The notes beneath the pieces were generated by a model, which was not told where the DNA came from, searched no databases, and was given only the letters and a program-made list of their open reading frames with translations. A DNA stretch of 64,000 nucleotides from Myxococcota bacterium. Its GTDB lineage: Bacteria > Myxococcota_A > UBA9160 > UBA4427. Location: NCBI GenBank assembly GCA_965250285.1, contig OZ252299.1, positions 2,656,001 to 2,720,000 on the forward strand, given 5' to 3'. Numbering within the stretch: the first letter of the stretch is position 1; every line of letters starts with the position of its first letter. This document shows, in pieces, positions 60,299 to 64,000 of the stretch. A program made the translations under genes and the position numbers.

Positions 60299-62524
60299 AT
60301 GACACGACTCCTCTGCATCCAATCGTCGATCGTATTGCTCTGTCTCGCCCTCGTCGGGCCGGCGGCCCACGCCGTTTCTGCACCCGCGAAGCGCCCCAGC
60401 GCCTTCACGGTGCCGGCGGGCCTCGAGAAGGATGTCGCGTTCTGGACGCGCATCTATACCGAGGTGCCGACGACGGGCGGCCTGATCCACGACAATCGCC
60501 GGCTCGATGTCGTGTACGAAGTCACGACGCTGCCGAAGGGCTCGCGCCGCACGCGACAGCGGCACACCGACGCGCGCAAGCGCCACTACAAGGCGATCCT
60601 GCAGAAGCTCGCGCGCGGCAAGCGCAGCGGCCTCTCGGCCGAAGAAGAGCGCGTGCTCGCGCTCTTCGGGCCCGATGTGACCAACGAAGAGCTCGGCCAG
60701 GCCTCGCGGCGGCTGCGCTTCCAGCTCGGCCAGGCCGACAAGTTCCGCGCCGGCGTGATCCGCTCGGGCGCCTACATCGGGCACATCCGCTCGACCCTCG
60801 ACGAGATGGGGCTGCCGCCCGAGATCGCCGCCCTGCCCCACGTCGAGTCGTCGTACACCCCGCACGCCTATTCGCACGTCGGGGCCGCGGGCCTGTGGCA
60901 GTTCACGCGCTCGACCGGGCGTCGATTCATGCAGGTCGACCACGTCGTCGACGAGCGCCTCGACCCCTACCGGGCGACGGTCGCGGCCGCGCGGCTGCTC
61001 GAGCAGAACTACCGCGTGCTCAACAGCTGGCCGCTCGCGATCACCGCGTACAACCACGGCGCGTCGGGCATGCGTCGCGCCAAGCGCAAGCTCGGCACCG
61101 ACGACATCGAGACGATCGTGCGGCGCTACCGCAGTCGCACGTTCGGCTTCGCATCGCGCAACTTCTACGTCGAGTTCATCGCCGCGTCGCGCATCGCGGC
61201 CAACCCCGAGCGCTACTTCGGCGACCTCGAGCTGCACACGCCGACGCGCTTCGAGACGATCGAGCTGCCCTTTCACGCCACACCGAAGACCATCTCGAAG
61301 GCGATTGGCGTCGACCTGCAGACGCTCAAGCAGGCGAACCCGGCCCTGCGCAACACGGTCTGGACGGGCGCCAAGTACATGCCGCGCGGCTACGAGCTGC
61401 GCGTCCCGGCCCATGCGCTGCCCCAGCCCCTCGAGGTCTCGATGGCCTCCGTCCCGCAGGATCAGCGACACGCGCGGCAGGTGCGCGACACCTATCACGT
61501 GATCCGCCGCGGCGAGACGCTCTCGACGATCGCCGCGCGCTACGGCACGCGGGTCAGCACGCTGAAACACCTGAACGGGCTGGTCTCGAGCCATCGCATT
61601 CGCGCGGGCCAGAAGCTCCGGCTGCCGCCCGAGTCGGGTGGATCCCAGCTCGCCTCGGTGCGCCGCGAAGTCGTCATCGAGCCGATGACGCCGCCGCCCG
61701 ACGGCCGCTACACCGTGCAGCCCGGCGATACGATCTGGAAGATCGCCAAGCAGTTCGGCATGACCGAGCGCGAGCTCCTCGCGCACAACCGACTGCGCAA
61801 TCGCAACCGGATCCAGGTCGGCCAGGTGCTCAAGGTCGACGCGGTCACGAGCCCGGCCGCTCCCGGTCAGACGGCCAAGGCCGCCGAGCATCCCGAAAGC
61901 CAGCCGCAGCTGACGCCCTCGCGGACCGCCAAGCCGACCCTGCAGCCCGGCGCCATCGCCGCCGAGGCCGTGGTCGATGGCGAGACGGTCGCAGCGAACC
62001 TCGACCCGGCGCTCGCCCCGGCCCTCGGTGCCCAGCCCGAGTCGGATGCCGCCGCTTTGATCGCCGACCCCAGTGACTACACCGTCGCCACCGACGGCAC
62101 GATCGAGGTGCAGTCGAACGAGACCCTCGGCCACTACGCCGACTGGCTCGGCGTGCGCACCAGTCGCGTCCGACAGGTGAACGACATGCGCTACGGCGAG
62201 CACGTCATCGTGCATCGCCGCATCCGCCTCGACTTCTCGAACGCGACGCCCGAAGAGTTCGAGGCGCGCCGCGTCGCGTACCACCGCTCGCTGCAGGAGG
62301 GCTTCTTCGACGAGTGGGAGATCGACGGCGTCGAGACCCATCGCGTGCGCTCCGGCGACAGCGCGTGGATCCTGTCGCACCGCCGCTTCGACGTGCCGCT
62401 CTGGCTCCTGCGTCAGTACAACCCCGACATCGATTTCGAGACGCTGAGCCCGGGCACCAAGCTCACGGTGCCGAAGCTCAAGAAGCGCAGCGAAGGCGCG
62501 GTCGCCGGGCCCGTCGCCAGCTAG
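60299..62524 (+). CDS. MltD-like lytic transglycosylase with multiple LysM domains
   Basis: LPHVESSY, AAGLWQF, AITAYNHG, SRNFY; LysM repeats HVIRRGETLSTIA, YTVQPGDTIWKIA, HRVRSGDSAW. Confidence 0.9.
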   Translation: MTRLLCIQSSIVLLCLALVGPAAHAVSAPAKRPSAFTVPAGLEKDVAFWTRIYTEVPTTGGLIHDNRRLDVVYEVTTLPKGSRRTRQRHTDARKRHYKAILQKLARGKRSGLSAEEERVLALFGPDVTNEELGQASRRLRFQLGQADKFRAGVIRSGAYIGHIRSTLDEMGLPPEIAALPHVESSYTPHAYSHVGAAGLWQFTRSTGRRFMQVDHVVDERLDPYRATVAAARLLEQNYRVLNSWPLAITAYNHGASGMRRAKRKLGTDDIETIVRRYRSRTFGFASRNFYVEFIAASRIAANPERYFGDLELHTPTRFETIELPFHATPKTISKAIGVDLQTLKQANPALRNTVWTGAKYMPRGYELRVPAHALPQPLEVSMASVPQDQRHARQVRDTYHVIRRGETLSTIAARYGTRVSTLKHLNGLVSSHRIRAGQKLRLPPESGGSQLASVRREVVIEPMTPPPDGRYTVQPGDTIWKIAKQFGMTERELLAHNRLRNRNRIQVGQVLKVDAVTSPAAPGQTAKAAEHPESQPQLTPSRTAKPTLQPGAIAAEAVVDGETVAANLDPALAPALGAQPESDAAALIADPSDYTVATDGTIEVQSNETLGHYADWLGVRTSRVRQVNDMRYGEHVIVHRRIRLDFSNATPEEFEARRVAYHRSLQEGFFDEWEIDGVETHRVRSGDSAWILSHRRFDVPLWLLRQYNPDIDFETLSPGTKLTVPKLKKRSEGAVAGPVAS

Positions 62525-62543
62525 GCGACCTCTGCACAGTCCA

Positions 62544-62789
62544 CCGTGCCAGGGTCGGGGCAGGCGGGGGCACCGTGCTCAGACATTCTCGGTGCGACCG
62601 GCCGGGGAAGCTCGTTCGCTGCGCACGTCGCGCCTGCGAACTGCGCGCGGCAGGCCCGTCCGCCGTGCCAGGGCCGGGGCAGGCGGGGGCACCGTGCTCA
62701 GACATTCTCGGCGCGATCTGCCTGGGAAGCTCGTATGTTCCGCACGTCGCGCCTGCGAACTGCGCGCGGTCCCCCCGCCTGCCCCGGCC
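62544..62789. repeat. Tandem ~107-bp direct repeat (period 119 bp); the second copy is bounded by 23-bp inverted repeats (MITE/REP-like)
   Basis: Copies at 62544-62650 and 62663-62769. Inverted repeat at 62672-62694 vs 62767-62789 (22/23 match). Confidence 0.85.
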
Positions 62790-63061
62790 TCGGGACGCCT
62801 CGGTCACAGCGCAGCGCTCGCTCCCGGTGGCATGAACTCGTGTCGCACGGCGTAGAGGTTCGCCAGAGCAGAAGCGTCAGGCGCTCGATTCTGCTGATCG
62901 GCCGTCGAGATCACGCCTCAGAGCTGCTTTCGCATGCGTCGGGCGAGTTCTGCAGAGCATCCTTGGACACCATTCACGAGGGATGCGCGCGCGGCCAGCG
63001 GGCGACGAGCCCGATCCGGCGGACGCGGAGGACATTCTCGGCGCGGGCGCCGCTGTGCGGG

Positions 63062-63739
63062 TCAGACCTGGAAGACGGTCTCGTCGGGCAGGCGGATCGC
63101 GGTGAGGGGGCCGCCGTAGACGCCGCCGGTGTCGATGCCTACCGAGAACGGCAGATTCCACCGCACTCCGAAGTCTTCGGCCGGCGTATGGCCATAGACG
63201 ATCGTGACACCGAGATCATGCGGTAGATCGGCGGTCGTTCGGTTCCAGAGCAGGTCTTCGACGCGCGACTTGCGCAGCGCGAAGCTCATGTCGTCGCCCT
63301 GCAGCTCGTCGCGCCCCAGCCCCGCGTGCACGAACAGGTAGTCGGCCTCGGTGTAGTGCAGGCGCAGCGAGAGGAAGAAATCCTCGTGGTCCTTGGGCAG
63401 GCGAAAGGTCGCCCGGTCGGGGTTCTCGCGGTCGAAGTAGCCATAGCTCGCCAGCGTGCGGTCGCCGCCGTTCATCAGGAACGCGTCGCCGCCGAAATAC
63501 GCTTCGTCGTGCCATCCGAGGAAGTCGAGCATCATCGACTCGTGGTTGCCGAGCAGGAAGATGCACTCGTGGTGGCGTTGCAGCTCGATCAAGCGATCGA
63601 CGACGCCCCGTGAGTCGGGGCCACGATCGACGTAGTCGCCGAGAAAGACGAGCTTGTCGCCTTCCTCGAGCGGCAGCTGCGCGAGCAGCTCACCGAGCTT
63701 CTCGTTCTCGCCGTGGATGTCGCCAACCGCATACAGCAT
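63062..63739 (-). CDS. Metallophosphoesterase (PPP-type Ser/Thr phosphatase-like)
   Basis: GDIHG, GDYVDRG, LGNHE, FVHAG, VYGHTP, IDTG. Confidence 0.92.
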   Translation of the reverse strand: MLYAVGDIHGENEKLGELLAQLPLEEGDKLVFLGDYVDRGPDSRGVVDRLIELQRHHECIFLLGNHESMMLDFLGWHDEAYFGGDAFLMNGGDRTLASYGYFDRENPDRATFRLPKDHEDFFLSLRLHYTEADYLFVHAGLGRDELQGDDMSFALRKSRVEDLLWNRTTADLPHDLGVTIVYGHTPAEDFGVRWNLPFSVGIDTGGVYGGPLTAIRLPDETVFQV

Positions 63740-64000
63740 GCGAGGCAGGCCCTCCTCGCTTGTCACATCGGCGTCTCGAGACCCCTCCTTGACGCGAGAC
63801 GAATGCCTCGGGGGTCCGACGAGCGAAATTCGTCCGGAAGCACTGCAACCGTCCACCTGTGCCGGATGCGCCTCGATCCGCCGACGCCGGCGGAAAGCCC
63901 CCGGGCCCTCGATCCCGGCGGCCGGGTGCCCGATCCTTGGGGCCAGCGGAAGACGCGCGACAGCCGAGACCGGGCTGCGCCTCGACCCCCGGAGACCGAC

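Noticed and set aside
62544..62789. Possible CRISPR array
   Set aside because: Only two long units, no unique spacers and no cas genes.

Overview
A gene-dense, very GC-rich (about 70% by eye) bacterial chromosomal segment. The gene families point to an uncultured Myxococcota/deltaproteobacterial lineage (inference): a standalone MshEN protein, a Gld-like ABC system with a DUF4340 protein, CcmE with a Cys motif, and PEP-CTERM proteins. Most of it is housekeeping. Minus strand: TetR plus a GldA/F/G-like ABC system and DUF4340; an oligopeptide ABC system behind a TPR and LolB-like lipoprotein pair; cysC; iscA-iscS; xseB-ispA-dxs-tlyA; ftsEX-envC-ctpA-xseA; pckG, a serine hydrolase, engB and an aminotransferase; plsB-hisI-hisG-Nudix; an SDR, a GNAT and a biotin carrier. 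Plus strand: an F420 cofD-cofC-cofE operon, two tandem cohesin-like PEP-CTERM paralogs, a variant ccm operon, ffh and an MltD-like LysM transglycosylase. I saw no rRNA, tRNA, CRISPR array, transposase or prophage genes. The best leads are: (1) a putative sigma-54 operon encoding a beta-propeller/'half-TolC' protein and a lamin-tail-like PEP-CTERM protein, with three tandem GGTTCACG boxes upstream; (2) an isolated Zn-ribbon orphan gene with a nearly identical sigma-54 promoter, a highly structured 5' leader and a long structured upstream region; (3) a Nudix hydrolase tightly coupled to hisI-hisG as a possible HisE substitute; (4) a ccm operon with a CxxxF CcmE, no ccmG/H, and a large CcmI-like Zn-ribbon protein; (5) REP- and MITE-like repeats. 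Many start codons were re-picked by eye and are approximate.
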